Below are positions 1 to 15,936 of a DNA stretch of 64,000 nucleotides, in pieces. The DNA lies in assembly GCF_009914755.1 (NCBI RefSeq), contig NC_060936.1; one strand, given 5' to 3'. The stretch comes from the human T2T-CHM13v2.0 reference genome, Homo sapiens. Position numbers and translations under genes: made by a program. Under the pieces are notes generated by a model that had not been told where the DNA came from, did not search any database, and saw only the letters and a program-made list of their open reading frames with translations. Every line of letters begins with the position of its first letter. Position 1 is the stretch's first letter.

Positions 1-369
1 AGTATTAACTCACACAATCACAGAGTCCCACAATAGGCCATCTGCAGGCTGAGGAGCAAGGAGAGCCAGTCCAAGTTCCAAAACTGAAGAACTTGGAGTC
101 TGATGTTCAAGGGCAGGAAGCATACAGCACGGGAGGAAGACGTAGGCTGGGAGGCTAGGCCAGTCTAACCTTTTCATGTTTTTCTGCCTGCTTTATGTTC
201 ACTGGCAGTTAATTAGATGGTGCCCATCCAGATTAAGGGTGGGTCTGCCTTCCCCAGCCCACTGACTCAAATGTTAATTTCCTCTGGCAACCCCCTCACA
301 GACACACCCAGGAGTAACACTTTGCATCCTTCAATCCAATCAAGTTGACACTCAGTATTAACCATCACA
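1..369 (-). mobile_element. HERV-L 3' LTR (MLT2A1), cut by the window edge
   Basis: Minus strand begins TGTGATGGTTAATACTGAGTGTCAACTTGATTGGATTG (MLT2A terminus). About 91% identical by hand count to the LTR at 6599-7026. A purine-rich PPT-like AAGGGGTAGACT lies immediately internal. Confidence 0.93.
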
Positions 370-780
370 AGTCTACCCCTTGTCAACTTGAACCCATAAA
401 CATCTCCTGAGATCGTACATAATCTTCAAATAAAAACAATAATGTCATAATTACGCCTAACATGATACAACTGTCCTTTCCTATAACCGGAAACACACCA
501 ATCCCCAACCCAAATGCTATTACATAAAGTTAACAATACTTAAATGCTGATAGGAAGTCAATATAATCTTATGTCACATGCTAAAGGAAAAAGGAAATAA
601 AATGAAGATATTTTCCTAGTACAAGTGTATACATGCACAAACATGTTTTTAACGAAAGAAGGAAATACTCATGACAATTACAGTCCCTGTTTCCACGTGG
701 TCATAGCTGGTATTGATGACTACCTTCTACTACCCATTCCGTATTCCCTTTGCCTTCAGCAAGCACCTCAGCAGGTCGTG

Positions 781-781
781 G

Positions 782-813
<32 letters not shown>
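781..813 (+). repeat. (GTT)n microsatellite inside HERV-L
   Basis: About 11 perfect GTT units; source of the poly-Val and poly-Cys ORFs in the track. Confidence 0.95.
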
Positions 814-814
<1 letters not shown>

Positions 815-883
815 TCCTGGCGGAGTGACCCAAACCTTCATTCCTGAAGGGTCTGGGCCATTTGTAGTCCTGCCTGGATTGGG

Positions 884-1175
884 CTATTGTAGTTTCCCAT
901 TGACCTTAATCACAGAGCGTGGTAATACTAAGAAACGCCCTAATGGATCTCCTGTATTCCATGCACACTCTTTTTTACCTGCATCGTGGAGTAGTCGACT
1001 GATTTCATCTTGATAGTCTGAGTCAGTCACCTTAGCCAACACTGTAACTCCCTTCTTAGTCTGTTGCCTTAAAGGTAGGAGGAGCCCAAAGTGTCCAGGT
1101 GGCAATCTTAACTCAATGGCATTGTTGCTGTGTCTCCTGGTGGCACATTCCTCCCTCTGGAACTGAGACCTCTAG
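884..1175 (-). pseudogene. HERV-L dUTPase remnant downstream of integrase
   Basis: PPGHFGLLLP..QQTKKGVTVLAKVTDSDYQDEI matches ERV-L dUTPase motifs (normally GVID.DY.GEI). The post-IN position is characteristic of ERV-L. Confidence 0.8.
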
Positions 1176-1249
1176 GCCAGCAGAACATAATGTCGCGGGA
1201 ACAGGAAGTAAAAATGTTGCTAGGGGGTCACTAGGGATAATGATGAATG

Positions 1250-2420
1250 GTGCCACTTCCACTTCCACCTCTTGATTCCTGGACCCGTGAATCCTGGCTA
1301 TGGGAGAAACTGCACCATGTATTGGACACAGATTCAGAGCATACACAGCCTTCTGGGGAACTTTGCCCCAGCCCTGCAAAGTATTGTCACCTAGTTGGTG
1401 TTGCAATTGTGACATCACAAGACCAATCCACCATTCTGTCAATCCAGCTGCTTCAGGATGATAGGGAGCATGGTAAGACCCATGAATTCCATGAGCATGA
1501 GCCCACTGCCACTCTTCTTTAGCCATAAAGTAAGTGCCTTGGTCAGAGGTAATGCTGTGTGGAATACCATCATGGTGGATAAGGCATTCCATGAGTCACA
1601 GATGGTAGTCTTGGCAGAAGCATTGTGTGCAGGATAGGCAAACCCATATCCGGAGTAACTGTCTATTCCAGTGAGGACAAACCTCTGCCCTTTTCATGAT
1701 GGAAGAGGTCCAGTGTAATCAACCTGCCACCAGGTAGCTGGCTGATCACCCTGAGGAATGGTGCCATATCGAGGGCTGTGTTGGCTTCTGCTGCTGGCAA
1801 ATTGAGCACTAAGCAGTGGCCATAGCCAGGTCAGCCTTGGTGAGTGGAAGTCCATGTTGCTGAGCCCATGAGTAACCTCCATCCCTGCCACTATGGCCAC
1901 TTTGTTCATGGGCCCATTGAGCAAGAACAGGGGTGGCTGGGGAAAGAGGCTGAATGGTGTCCACAGAATGGCTCATCCTATCCACTTGATTATCAAAATC
2001 CTCCTCTGCTGAGGTCACCCGTTGGTGAGCACTCACATGGTATACAAATATCTTCACAGTTTTTGACCACTCAGAGAGGTCCATCCACATACCTCTTCCA
2101 CAAATTTGTCACCAATTTTGCAATCATACTTCTTCTAAGTCCCTGACCATCCAGCCAAACCATTGGCTACAGTCCACGAATCAGTGTATAATCACACATC
2201 TGGCCATTCCTCCTTCCATGCAAAGTGCACAGCCAGGTGCACTGCTCGAAGTTCTGCCCACTGGGAAAGATTCCCTTCACCACTGTCCTTCAGGGATGTC
2301 CTAGAAAGGGGCTGTAGTGCTGCAGCTGTCCACTTTCGGGTGGTGCCTGCATATCATGCAGAACCGTCTGTGAACCAGGCCCTAGTCTTCTCTTCCTCTG
2401 TCAAGTGATCATAGGGAACT
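1250..2420 (-). pseudogene. HERV-L RNase H and integrase remnants
   Basis: HVSAHQ...DNQVDRM, AQWAHEQSGHSG (Zn-finger histidines), WQVDYTGPLP, ITSDQGTYF, YHPEAAGLTE (D,D35E core), split across frames. Confidence 0.9.
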
Positions 2421-2699
2421 CCCCATGAGGCCATCAGTGCAGCCTGGGCATTTGAGCCACTTCCTCATGTAACTTATGCCTTCAGGAGTTGCATGAGCTC
2501 GATCACATATATACCACTTCCATTTGATGATGGAATGCTGCTGTGCACGACCCGCTTTATGGCTAGATGTGTCAGAAAGCACCCAGTTCATAATAGGCAG
2601 TTCAGGTTGCATGGTGACTTGATGACCCATGGTCAAACGTTCAGTTTCCACCAAAGCCCAGTAACAGGCCAAGAGCTGTCTCTCAAAAGGAGAGTAGTT

Positions 2700-2984
2700 G
2701 GCCAGGCGCAGTGGCTCATGCCTGTAATCCCAGCACTTTGGGAAGCCAAGGCGGGTAGATCACGAGGTCAGGAGTTCAAGACCAGCCTGACCAATATGGT
2801 GAAACCCGATCTCTACTAAAAATGCAAAAATTAGCCAAGTGTGGTGGCACACGCCTGTAGTCCCAACTACTCGGGAGGTTGAGGCAGAAGAATCATTTGA
2901 ACCAGAGAGGTGACGTTGCAGTGAGCCAAGATCACGCCACTGCACTCCAGCCTGGGTGACAGACAGAGACTCCATCTCAAAAAG
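2700..2984 (+). mobile_element. AluS (AluSg-like) inserted in HERV-L pol
   Basis: Full dimer; TSD AAAAGGAGAG(T/C)AGTT at 2685-2699 and 2985-2999. Confidence 0.93.
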
Positions 2985-3049
2985 AAAAGGAGAGCAGTTA
3001 TCTGCAGAAGAAGGCAGGGCCTTGCTCCAAAATCCTAGAGGCCTCCGCT

Positions 3050-4060
3050 GTGATTCACCTATGGGGGCCTGCCAAAGGCTCTAAACAGCATCCCTATCTG
3101 CCACTGACACCTCAAGCACCATTGGATCTGATGGGTCATATGGCCCAAGTGGCAGAGCAGCTTGCACAGCAGCCTGGACCTGTTGCAGAGCCTTCTCCTG
3201 TTCTGGACCCCACTCAAAACTGGCAGCCTTTTGAGTCACTCGATAAATGGGCCAGAGTAACACACCCAAAAGAGGAACGTGTTGCCTCCAAAATCCAAAT
3301 AGGCCCACTAGGCGTTGTGCCTCTTTCTTGTTTGCAGGAGGGGCCAAACGCAGCAACTTATCCTTCATCTTAGAAGGAATATCTTGATAGGCCCCACACC
3401 ACTGGACCTCTAAAAATTTTACTGAGGTAGAAGGTCCCTGAATTTTAGTCAGATTTATTTCCCATCCTCTAGCACACAAATGTCTCACCAATAAGTCCAG
3501 TGTGTTTGCTACTTCTTGCTCACTGGATCCAGTCAGCATAATGTCATCAATGTAATGGACCAGTGTAATATCTTGCGGAAGCAAAAAGCAATCAAGGTCT
3601 CTCCGAGTAAGATTATGACACAAAGCCAGAGAGTTGCTATACCCCTGAGGTAGGACAGTAAAGGTATATTGCTGGCCTTGCCAGCTGAAAGCAAATTACT
3701 TCTGGTGGGCCTTATGGACAAGAATGGAGAAAAAGGCATTTTCCAAGTCAGTGGCTCCAATCCACATACCAGGAGATGTGTTAATTTGCTCAAGCAATGA
3801 AACCACATCTGGTACAGCAGCTGCACTTGGAGTCACCACTTGGTTAAGCTTACAATAATCCACTGTCATTCTCCAGAATCCATCTGTCTTCTGCACAGGC
3901 CAAATGGGAGAGTTGAATGAGGATGTGGTGGGAATCACCACCCCTGCATCTTTCAAGTCCTTGATGGTGGCATTAATCTCTACAGTCCCTCCAGGGATGC
4001 AATATTGTTTTTAATTTACTATTTTTCTAGGTAAAGCCTGCTCTAATGGCTTCCATTTGG
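3050..4060 (-). pseudogene. HERV-L reverse transcriptase remnant
   Basis: [51 protein letters not shown]. Confidence 0.93.
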
Positions 4061-4089
4061 CCTTTCCCACCATAATAGCCCCCACCCTA

Positions 4090-4440
4090 CCAGTCCAGAG
4101 CCAATGTGGGGGTTCTGCCAGCTGCTAAGTATGTCTGTGCCAATTATGCATTCTGGCACTGGGGAAATGACCACAGGAGAAGTCTGGGGACCCATTAGAC
4201 TCACTGTAAGTCAGACCTGAGCTAAAACTCCATTAATTACCTGACCTCCACAAGCCACTACTTTAACTGGAGCACCACAACGACATTTTGGGTCCCCTGG
4301 AATCAGTGTCAGCTCAGAGCCAGTGTCCATTAGTCCCCAAAATGTCTGATCATTTCCCTTTCCCCATTACACAGTTACCCTGGTAAAAGGCTGGAGGTCC
4401 CCTTGGGGAAGGATGGGATAAAGATTCACTGCATAAATTG
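4090..4440 (-). pseudogene. HERV-L aspartic protease remnant
   Basis: Minus-strand MDTGSELTLIPGD at ~4292-4330. Confidence 0.8.
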
Positions 4441-4486
4441 TCAGTAATATAGCGGGGTCCTTCCTCAAAGGGACCTGGCCTCCTCT

Positions 4487-6520
<2,034 letters not shown>

Positions 6521-6578
6521 AGCAGAAGCCCCAAAATCAATGAAAGAACTCCATCCTTAATATTCTGTCCCTCTAGAA

Positions 6579-6593
6579 CCACTCCTGGTACCA
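6579..6593 (-). promoter_or_regulatory. Primer-binding site for tRNA-Leu
   Basis: Plus strand CCACTCCTGGTACCA equals the 3' end of tRNA-Leu(TAA) including CCA; adjacent to the 5' LTR. Confidence 0.85.
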
Positions 6594-6598
6594 AAACC

Positions 6599-7026
6599 TG
6601 TATTAGTCAGGGCTCTCTGGAGGTACAGAATTAATGGAATACATATACATATAAAGGTGAGTTTATTATTAACTCACACAATCACAAGGTCCCACAATAA
6701 GCCGTCTGCAGGCTGAGGAGCAAGGAGTCGGTCCAAGTTCCAAAACTGAAGAACTTGGAGTCTGATGTTTAAGAGCAGGAAGCATCCAGCATGGGAGAAA
6801 GATGTAGGCTGGGAGGCTAGGCCAGTCTAACCTTTTCACGTTCTTCTGTTTGCTTTATATTCGCTGGCATCTGATTAGATGGTGCCCATCCAGATTAGGG
6901 GTAGGTCTGCCTTCCCCAGCCCACTAACTCCAATGTTAATGTCCTTTGGCAACACCCTCACAGATACACCCAGGATTAATACTTCGCATCCTTCAATCAA
7001 GTTGACACTCAGTATTAACCATCACA
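6599..7026 (-). mobile_element. HERV-L 5' LTR (MLT2A1)
   Basis: TG...CA termini (6599-6600, 7025-7026), 428 bp, direct repeat of 1-369. Confidence 0.95.
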
Positions 7027-7175
7027 CTAAGAGTGGTGGTGCATGTCTGCAATCCCAGGTACTTTGGAAGCTGAGGCGAGAGAGTTGCTTGAGCCCAGGA
7101 GTTGGAGGCTGCAGTGAGTTATGATTGTCTTACTGCACTCCAGCCAGGGTGACAGACCAAGACCCTGTCTCCAAA
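7027..7175 (+). mobile_element. AluJ right arm or FRAM directly abutting the LTR
   Basis: GTGGTGGTGCATG...GCTTGAGCCCAGGAGTTGGAGGCTGCAGTGAG...GACCCTGTCTC (J-type right monomer). Confidence 0.8.
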
Positions 7176-7786
7176 TATATGTATGTTTATAATCAGTGAG
7201 AAAAGAGGTTAATAGATTCAGGGATTACCATTTGAATAATCTAAAAGGCAACTTCCAGCTATCACTGAAGTTTAAAAACTAAGTAGATTTCAAAAAAGAG
7301 TGAATGAGAAATGAATGAAACATGGAAAAGGATTAAAGATGGGTTATTTTTAATAAAAAGTACCCAAGGAATCCGGCCCCAATATGACAAATGTCCAAGC
7401 TATTTTGAGTGTTCTAACTAAAAAGAATTTTGGATAGCAAATTAGATTGTGAGAAGTTTAATGTGTTTTTTAAAAATTAACGCAATTTTAAGTGTACAGC
7501 AACTTCTCAGCAAAAATCAAAAAGGCTTTGACTGTTTTATTTTTTTCTGTTTAGAGTGCTATGCAAGGCCCTTTGAGGCATACTTACAACCAGCAATATT
7601 TTACTATAGCTGAATTTAATGATTTGAGAAACTTATAACATCACTGCTTATAATAAGCAGGTGAAACATAATTTGGGTTAGAGAGACAGGGATTTAGGTG
7701 CTTGGAGGTAGGAAGGCATATAAGGTCTGTTTAACCCTTTGACTTCTAGAATCAGGAAATTTTTTAAATTGTAAATTATAAAAACA

Positions 7787-8086
7787 GGCCAGGCACAGTG
7801 ACTCATGCCTGTAATCCCAGCACTTTGGGAGGCTGAGGCGCATGGATCACTTGAGGTCAGCAGTTTGAGACCAGCCTGGCCAACATGGTGAAACCCTGTC
7901 TCTACAAAAAATAAAAAAATTAGCTGGGCATGGTGGCAGGCATCTGTAATCTGAGTTACTCGGGTGGCTGAGGCATGAGAATCACTTGAACCCAGGAGGC
8001 GGAGGTCGCAGTGAGCCGAGATCACAGTATTGCATTGCATTCCAGCCTAGGTGACACAGTGAGACTCCGTCTCAAAAAAAAAAAAA
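7787..8086 (+). mobile_element. AluS (Sx/Sz-like)
   Basis: Full dimer; 17-bp TSD TGTAAATTATAAAAACA at 7770-7786 and 8087-8103. Confidence 0.93.
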
Positions 8087-8469
8087 TGTAAATTATAAAA
8101 ACAAAAACTCAACAGATGACTAGGCTCTGCACATGTCTCTGAGGTAAATACTTGTAAAAAAAAAAATCCATATGTTTAGCCACAAATGGAAATCACATAT
8201 GAAAGTAATAACTTGAAAAGTGATGTCACCCTCGTAAAATGTCTTCCAGATTTGTTTTTTATCTTTCCATCTTTAGCCTTCAGATTTTCCCATGGGGACA
8301 AGTGAGCATGCCATCAAGGTGTTCATTAAAAAAATGCAGATTATTTTATTAAGCAAATTAATGGAATGCCTAATGGAGATTTTTCAAAAGACTACCACAT
8401 CCATACATAATCATCGTGTCTTGGTTTATTCATTATTGGAGACAGTGATTTAATATCAGGATCTTAGAT

Positions 8470-8690
8470 TATTCATTTAGCAAATCTTTATTGAGCATTT
8501 ACTGTATGCCATGTCTCACACTAGGTTTTATGCAAACAAAATTAAACAATAGCCGCAGCCTCAAAGTGCTCACATTCAATCTAGTCATGGAAATGAATAG
8601 GGAAATCAGTTACCATTAAACCGTGCCATGAGGGGTATGCTCCAGATGAGTGGGAGAAGCCCTGGGAATATGTCAGGAAGAGATATTTCA
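8470..8690 (-). mobile_element. L2 3' end fragment
   Basis: ATTCATTTAGCAAATCTTTATTGAGCATTTACTGTATGCC, a typical L2 terminus. Confidence 0.65.
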
Positions 8691-8740
8691 GTCACCAGGG
8701 CAGTGGTTCTCCACCATCTCACACAACACTCTGCCTTTTT

Positions 8741-9185
8741 CTTTCTTAATTGTGCTTAAAAAAAAAAAATATATATATATATATATAAAAAATAATAAAA
8801 TTGACAATCTTAACCATTTTTAAATGTATAGTTCAGAAAAGTATATTCACATTGTTGTGAAACATCTCTCCAGACTGTGTTCGTCTCACAAAACCAAAAC
8901 TCTGTACACATTAAACAGCTCCCATTTCACCCTCCTCCAGTCCCTGACAACCACCATTCTACTTTTTGTTTCTATGAATTGGACTCCTTTAGTTACTGCA
9001 TATAAGTGCAATCATACAGTATTTGTATTTTTTGTGACTGGCTCATTTCATTTAGTGTAATGTCCTCAAGGTTTACACATGCTGTAGCATGCGGTAGGAC
9101 TTATTTCCCTTTAAGGGAAGTTTTCATAATTTAAATTTTTTTGTATGTATATACCACATTTTGTTTATCCATCTGTTGATGGGGC
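8741..9185 (-). mobile_element. L1MB-type 3' end
   Basis: CCCTGACAACCACCATTCTACTTT...ATCATACAGTATTTG...GTTTATCCATC. TSD ACACTC(TG/CA)CCTTTTT at 8726-8740 and 9186-9200. Confidence 0.85.
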
Positions 9186-9250
9186 ACACTCCACCTTTTT
9201 GAAACAAATTTATTGTAACTTCCCCCCTTTTACTATCTGAAATAAATTGA

Positions 9251-9421
9251 CTTTTTTTTTTTTTTTTTTTTTTTTGGAGATGGAGTCTCACTCTGTCACC
9301 CAGGCTGGAGTGAAGGAGTGAAGTGGCGCCATCTCGGCTCATTGCAACCTCCATCTCCTGGGTTCAAGCAATTCTCCTGCCTCAGCCTTGAGAGTAGCTG
9401 GGCGTGTGCCACCACGCCTGG
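9251..9421 (-). mobile_element. 5'-truncated Alu (right arm only)
   Basis: Poly-T then right monomer; 18-bp TSD CTATCTGAAATAAATTGA at 9233-9250 and 9422-9439. Confidence 0.9.
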
Positions 9422-10159
9422 CTATCTGAAATAAATTGATTGATATATCTATTTTGAAAAAATATATATAAATCTCTAAATAGAATATAAAATAAAAATA
9501 AAGGGAAATTGATATTAAAACAATTAAATGTATTTCAATTAATTACTGACTACACTAGAAGACAAATGAGGTAGTGATGCTTTCACCTACATGGTAGAGT
9601 TTCCATAAATGCAATAATTAAAAATGCATGTTGATATGAGAGTATTCAGTTAATTGAGTTAACTCAAATTCCATGAAAAGAGCTTCCATTAGTGATAATA
9701 TTTCTCCAAAATGGTGAACAACCCTTGGTCATACTGTTCCAATCAAAACAAAAAATAACTTTCTAAAACAATAACATTCCTAAAAAATTTAACACCATCT
9801 AAAAAATATTTTATGTTTATATATTAGAAAAAGAGGTTCTAGGCTCAGGTTCTTAACAATTTTCACCTATATAAATGTCTGGAGGACATTCAAAAGTTGA
9901 ACAAGGTGCAGGAAAATTCACTACATGTAAACTCACCAAGGCAAGATACCTAATATGTCTGACCCTGCCCATCAGCTGCCAATAATGCAGCCTTGTTATT
10001 GTGACATTAAAAACCACACACATACATCATATTACAAAAATGCCCCATAGGAGACAGTACCACTTTCAGTGAGATCCACTGGAAAACTGTATCAGGGGAA
10101 GACTTAAACTGAATTTCGAAGAACTTCTTGGAATTAGTCAAGTGTGTAGTAAGTGCTCA

Positions 10160-12096
<1,937 letters not shown>

Positions 12097-12105
12097 GAAA
12101 AACTT

Positions 12106-12414
<309 letters not shown>

Positions 12415-12478
12415 TCAAAAGTTTTCATAAACTTTTATCATAAGTTGAAATAGAATTCTATATTAATAAGTCAGCATG

Positions 12479-12814
12479 TAGATGTGGTGGCCTACACCTA
12501 TAATCCCAGCACTTTAGGAGGCAGAGGCAGGAGGCTTACTTGAGCCCAGGAGTTCAAGACCAACCTGGGCAACTAGCAAGACCCCATCTCTACAAAAAAT
12601 GTAAATATTAGCCAGCTGTGGTAGCACACACCTGTGGTCCCAGCTACTCAGGAGGCTACTCAGGAGGTAGCACATACCTGTGGTCCCAGCTACTCAGGAG
12701 GTAGGAGGATCATATGAGGCCAGGAGGTCGAGGCCGTAGTGAGCTGATTCACACCACTGCACTCTGCCTGGCTAACAGAGTGAGACCCTGCCTCAAAAGA
12801 AAAAAATTTTTTTT
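12479..12814 (+). mobile_element. AluJ with internal tandem duplications
   Basis: J-type sequence; TSD TAAGTCAGCATG at 12467-12478 and 12815-12826; duplicated GGTAGCAC..CCTGTGGTCCCAGCTACTCAGGAGG at ~12619-12702. Confidence 0.85.
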
Positions 12815-13100
12815 TAAGTCAGCATGCAAGGCAGAGACCATTAGAAGGCTACCTTAGGGCCTTAGGAAGGCCATTGTTTGATACATGGCTCCATGAGCCA
12901 TTATATCTCAGTTTCCTGAATCAAGAATCAAAATGATGATTGTGTGAGATGGCATAATGTTTACATATTCTGCAGACTATGGAGTCAAAGATATCCATAC
13001 TCTGCTGGGCCGTTTACTTTGAAATTAAGTGTCTGGGTTTCTATACATTAGTATTCATTATCAGTCTGTGCTTTCTCTCTTTCCGATTATTCTTCAATAG

Positions 13101-13478
13101 GATATTGAAGAAACGATGAACACAGCTTTGAATGAACTCCGAGAACTGGAGAGACAGAGCACAGCAAAGCATGCCCCTGATGTGGTGCTGGATACCCTGG
13201 AGCAAGTGAAAAACTCTCCCACCCCTGCCACTTCCACGGAATCTCTCAGCCCTTTGCACAACGTTGCCCTCAGGAGCTCCGAGCCTCAGATTCGACGTAG
13301 CACGAGCTCCTCCAGTGACACAATGAGTACTTTCAAGCCTATGGTGGCACCCAGAATGGGCGTGCAGCTGAAGCCTCCAGCCCTTAGGCCAAAACCTGCT
13401 GTTCTTCCAAAAACAAATCCTACCATAGGACCTGCCCCACCTCCCCAGGGTCCAACAGACAAGTCATGCACAATGTAA
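13101..13478 (+). CDS. SRGAP1: SLIT-ROBO Rho GTPase-activating protein 1, last coding exon (125 aa plus stop)
   Basis: Pyrimidine tract and acceptor TTCTTCAATAG|GAT at 13100/13101, phase 0. Translates DIEETMNTALNELRELERQ...PDVVLDTLEQ...PPALRPKP...DKSCTM*, the recognisable srGAP1 C-terminus. Confidence 0.96.
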   Translation, partial: DIEETMNTALNELRELERQSTAKHAPDVVLDTLEQVKNSPTPATSTESLSPLHNVALRSSEPQIRRSTSSSSDTMSTFKPMVAPRMGVQLKPPALRPKPAVLPKTNPTIGPAPPPQGPTDKSCTM

Positions 13479-14465
13479 AAACCAGCCAAGCAAGGCCATA
13501 AAGGGAGGTGACTTAAAAAAGAAAATGGATTAGTGACAAAAGTCACTGATCCATAACTTTCCTTAGTTTTGTGCTTATAACTGGAGATCTTTTGGCTTTT
13601 CTATGTTGTCGAATGTAATGTCTGAGACTAGCTAAATTAACACGGGCATTTGTATTTTGTAATTTTTTTAAATAACTGGACATATGTCATTTTAAGGACA
13701 ATAGAAACACTTAGACTTACTTGAAAATCCAATGCTGCACCACTTGTAATGAAGGCAACACCGCTCTCCACATTGTACAGAGCTTCAGGTTTAATGTAGC
13801 CCAGCTGAGTCAGAAAGGTTGTGACCTGAAGGCAGAAGAACCCGAATGCCACACCTCATTGGAGTATAGCCAGTGTTGGTCTGTGGCACTTGGGCTGAAA
13901 GGTGATAATGGCATTGCGTGGTAGCTGACAATGAGCACCTTCGGTTCCATGTGGAGCGGGGTTTAGCTCATGCAAAAGACTTGCAATTGTCTCCATGGGA
14001 CGATCCCAGTGGGACTGTCAGCCCACAGCTCGAGTGGGTTGGATGCTTGCCTCTTTCCTAACAGTTATTTCCCCGGGTCCAGCTTAAAGACTCGATGGAA
14101 GGAGGTAGAACCTCTGCTGTTACTGCTTGAACTTAACCTGGGAAAGGAGAGGAAGACACCATCTCCAAAGCTATTAATGTCACTCCTTTTGCGAGCATGA
14201 TTAGGCCCCGGAGATTTCCAAGTCCCCCCATCTACACTTACAAACGATTAGAAGGGTTTAATTTTAAAGACTTTCTGGTTACACTACTCCACGAACTCCT
14301 CCAAAGATCCGTTATTCAATAACTGCCTAGAAAATGTTTCCATCTCCTCTAAATCCCTGTGTTCTCCTCTGTGGAAATGAAGGCAGCAAGAAGCACCTGA
14401 GGCCTTGGTTCATGCAGTGTTCTCTTTTGACTAAATCACCTAGGTTCCTTTAAACATGCTACAAA

Positions 14466-14599
14466 GCCCAGGCATGGTGGTGCACACCTGTACTCCCAGC
14501 TACTCGGGTGGTTTACACAGGAGGATGGCTTTGGGCCTAGTAGTTCGAGTCCAGCCTGGGCAGCATAGTGTGAGACCCTGTCTCTTAAAAAAAAAAAAA
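14466..14599 (+). mobile_element. FLAM_A-like Alu monomer in the 3' UTR
   Basis: Single ~120-bp monomer plus A-tail; TSD ATGCTACAAAG at 14456-14466 and 14600-14610. Confidence 0.85.
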
Positions 14600-15642
14600 A
14601 TGCTACAAAGTCCTGATGATCCTAAATTTGAAATCCCAACTGTCCTCTCCATTTGTCTTTGAGCCAACCCTGAACTGGCCCTGGTACCTGAGTAAGAGCC
14701 ATGCAGGGCCATCAGCAGAACATGGCCTTGTGGTTCTCACCCAGTTGTGTACCTCACAACCACAACTTCTTTTTCTTTGTCCCTTTTCCCCTTTTTGGTT
14801 TTGGTTTTGTATGTGGGCTCTATGTAACTCCCATAGTCAGCTGAACTCTCAATTGGAGACCCTCTTTCTCTGGCATCCTAGCACACAGGCAATTTTTTAA
14901 GCCTATATTTATGCTACATTTTCCCCCATCTTAAGAAAATTTGCTTTGATTTCCATTCTCCTACTAGCAGCAGCTGATATCACCTGTAGACCTATGAGCA
15001 TTTTATCTATTCTATCATTGAAGTTACTGATAAAGATTTTTGTTGTTGTTGTTGTTGTTGGGAGAAATGGATTTCCCACAACTAATCCCTCTGGCCCACC
15101 ATTAATTTCCTTCTTGGTTTCATTTCAAACTGGCAGCCAATTGCACGCCCATCTAAGAGCTACACAGTGTAGATTTTACTTCATCAGCCCATTGGTGAAT
15201 GCATCGTGCAGAAAAGAACTGGGATCTGTACTAAAATCAAGATCATTACTTTGATCTCTACCTCAGTTTGCCAGTGTAGTCATTCTATTGCAGGAAGAGA
15301 TTAAATTGATGAGATATTGTTACTTTCAGAGTCACACTGCTGATTGCTTGCCTGGGGCCTAATTTCACAAATGAATAGTGACTTTTTTCCCATGTATTTC
15401 TAGGTATGGTAAACTTTTAAACCTCCAAATTTTCAGAGCCATACTTTTTGCCCATTTTGAAAAAGAAGCCCAGGACAGCACCTTGTCTAGCCCCTCCCCA
15501 TTTCTCCTGAGCTTTTGGGGTCCTTCAGCACCCTTGGACACCGTGGAGATCCAGCCAAGACTGAGCTTTGAATAGCACTAGCCCTTTTAAACAATCCTCA
15601 CAAATTCCTTAGGAATTTAAACTTTCCAAAATAATCCCCCAC

Positions 15643-15936
15643 TTTTTTTTTTTTTTTTTTTTTTTTTTGAGTTGGAGTCTTGCTCTGTCGCCCAGGCCAG
15701 AGTACAGTGGTGCAATCTCGGCTCCCTGCAACCTCCATCTCCCGGGTTCAAGCAATTCTCCTGAGTAGCTGGGATTACAGGCGCCACCACCACGCCCAGC
15801 TAATTTTTGTATTTTTAGTAGAGATGGGGTGTCACCATGTTGGCCAGGCTGGTCTCAAACTCCTGACCTCAGGTGACCCACCAGCCTCAGCCTCCCAAAG
15901 TGCTGGGATTACAGATGTGAGCCACCATGCCCGGCC
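15643..15936 (-). mobile_element. AluSx-like in the 3' UTR
   Basis: Poly-T then antisense dimer with a small internal deletion near 15762. Confidence 0.92.

Larger units (their letters stand above)
8701..10081. mobile_element. Old hAT-Charlie-type DNA transposon relic, interrupted by L1MB and Alu
   Basis: TIR-like ends CAGTGGTTCTC (8701) and GAGATCCACTG (to 10081) around AT-rich internal sequence. Confidence 0.55.

Noticed and set aside
625-1013. ORFs with poly-Val and poly-Cys runs
   Set aside because: They are translations of the (GTT)n microsatellite on the antisense strand of HERV-L.
6579-6593. tRNA-Leu-like sequence as a tRNA gene
   Set aside because: Only the 3' 15 nt including CCA is present; it is the retroviral PBS.
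13464-13478. SRGAP1 C-terminal KSCTM as a CaaX prenylation motif
   Set aside because: The Cys is third, not fourth, from the end.
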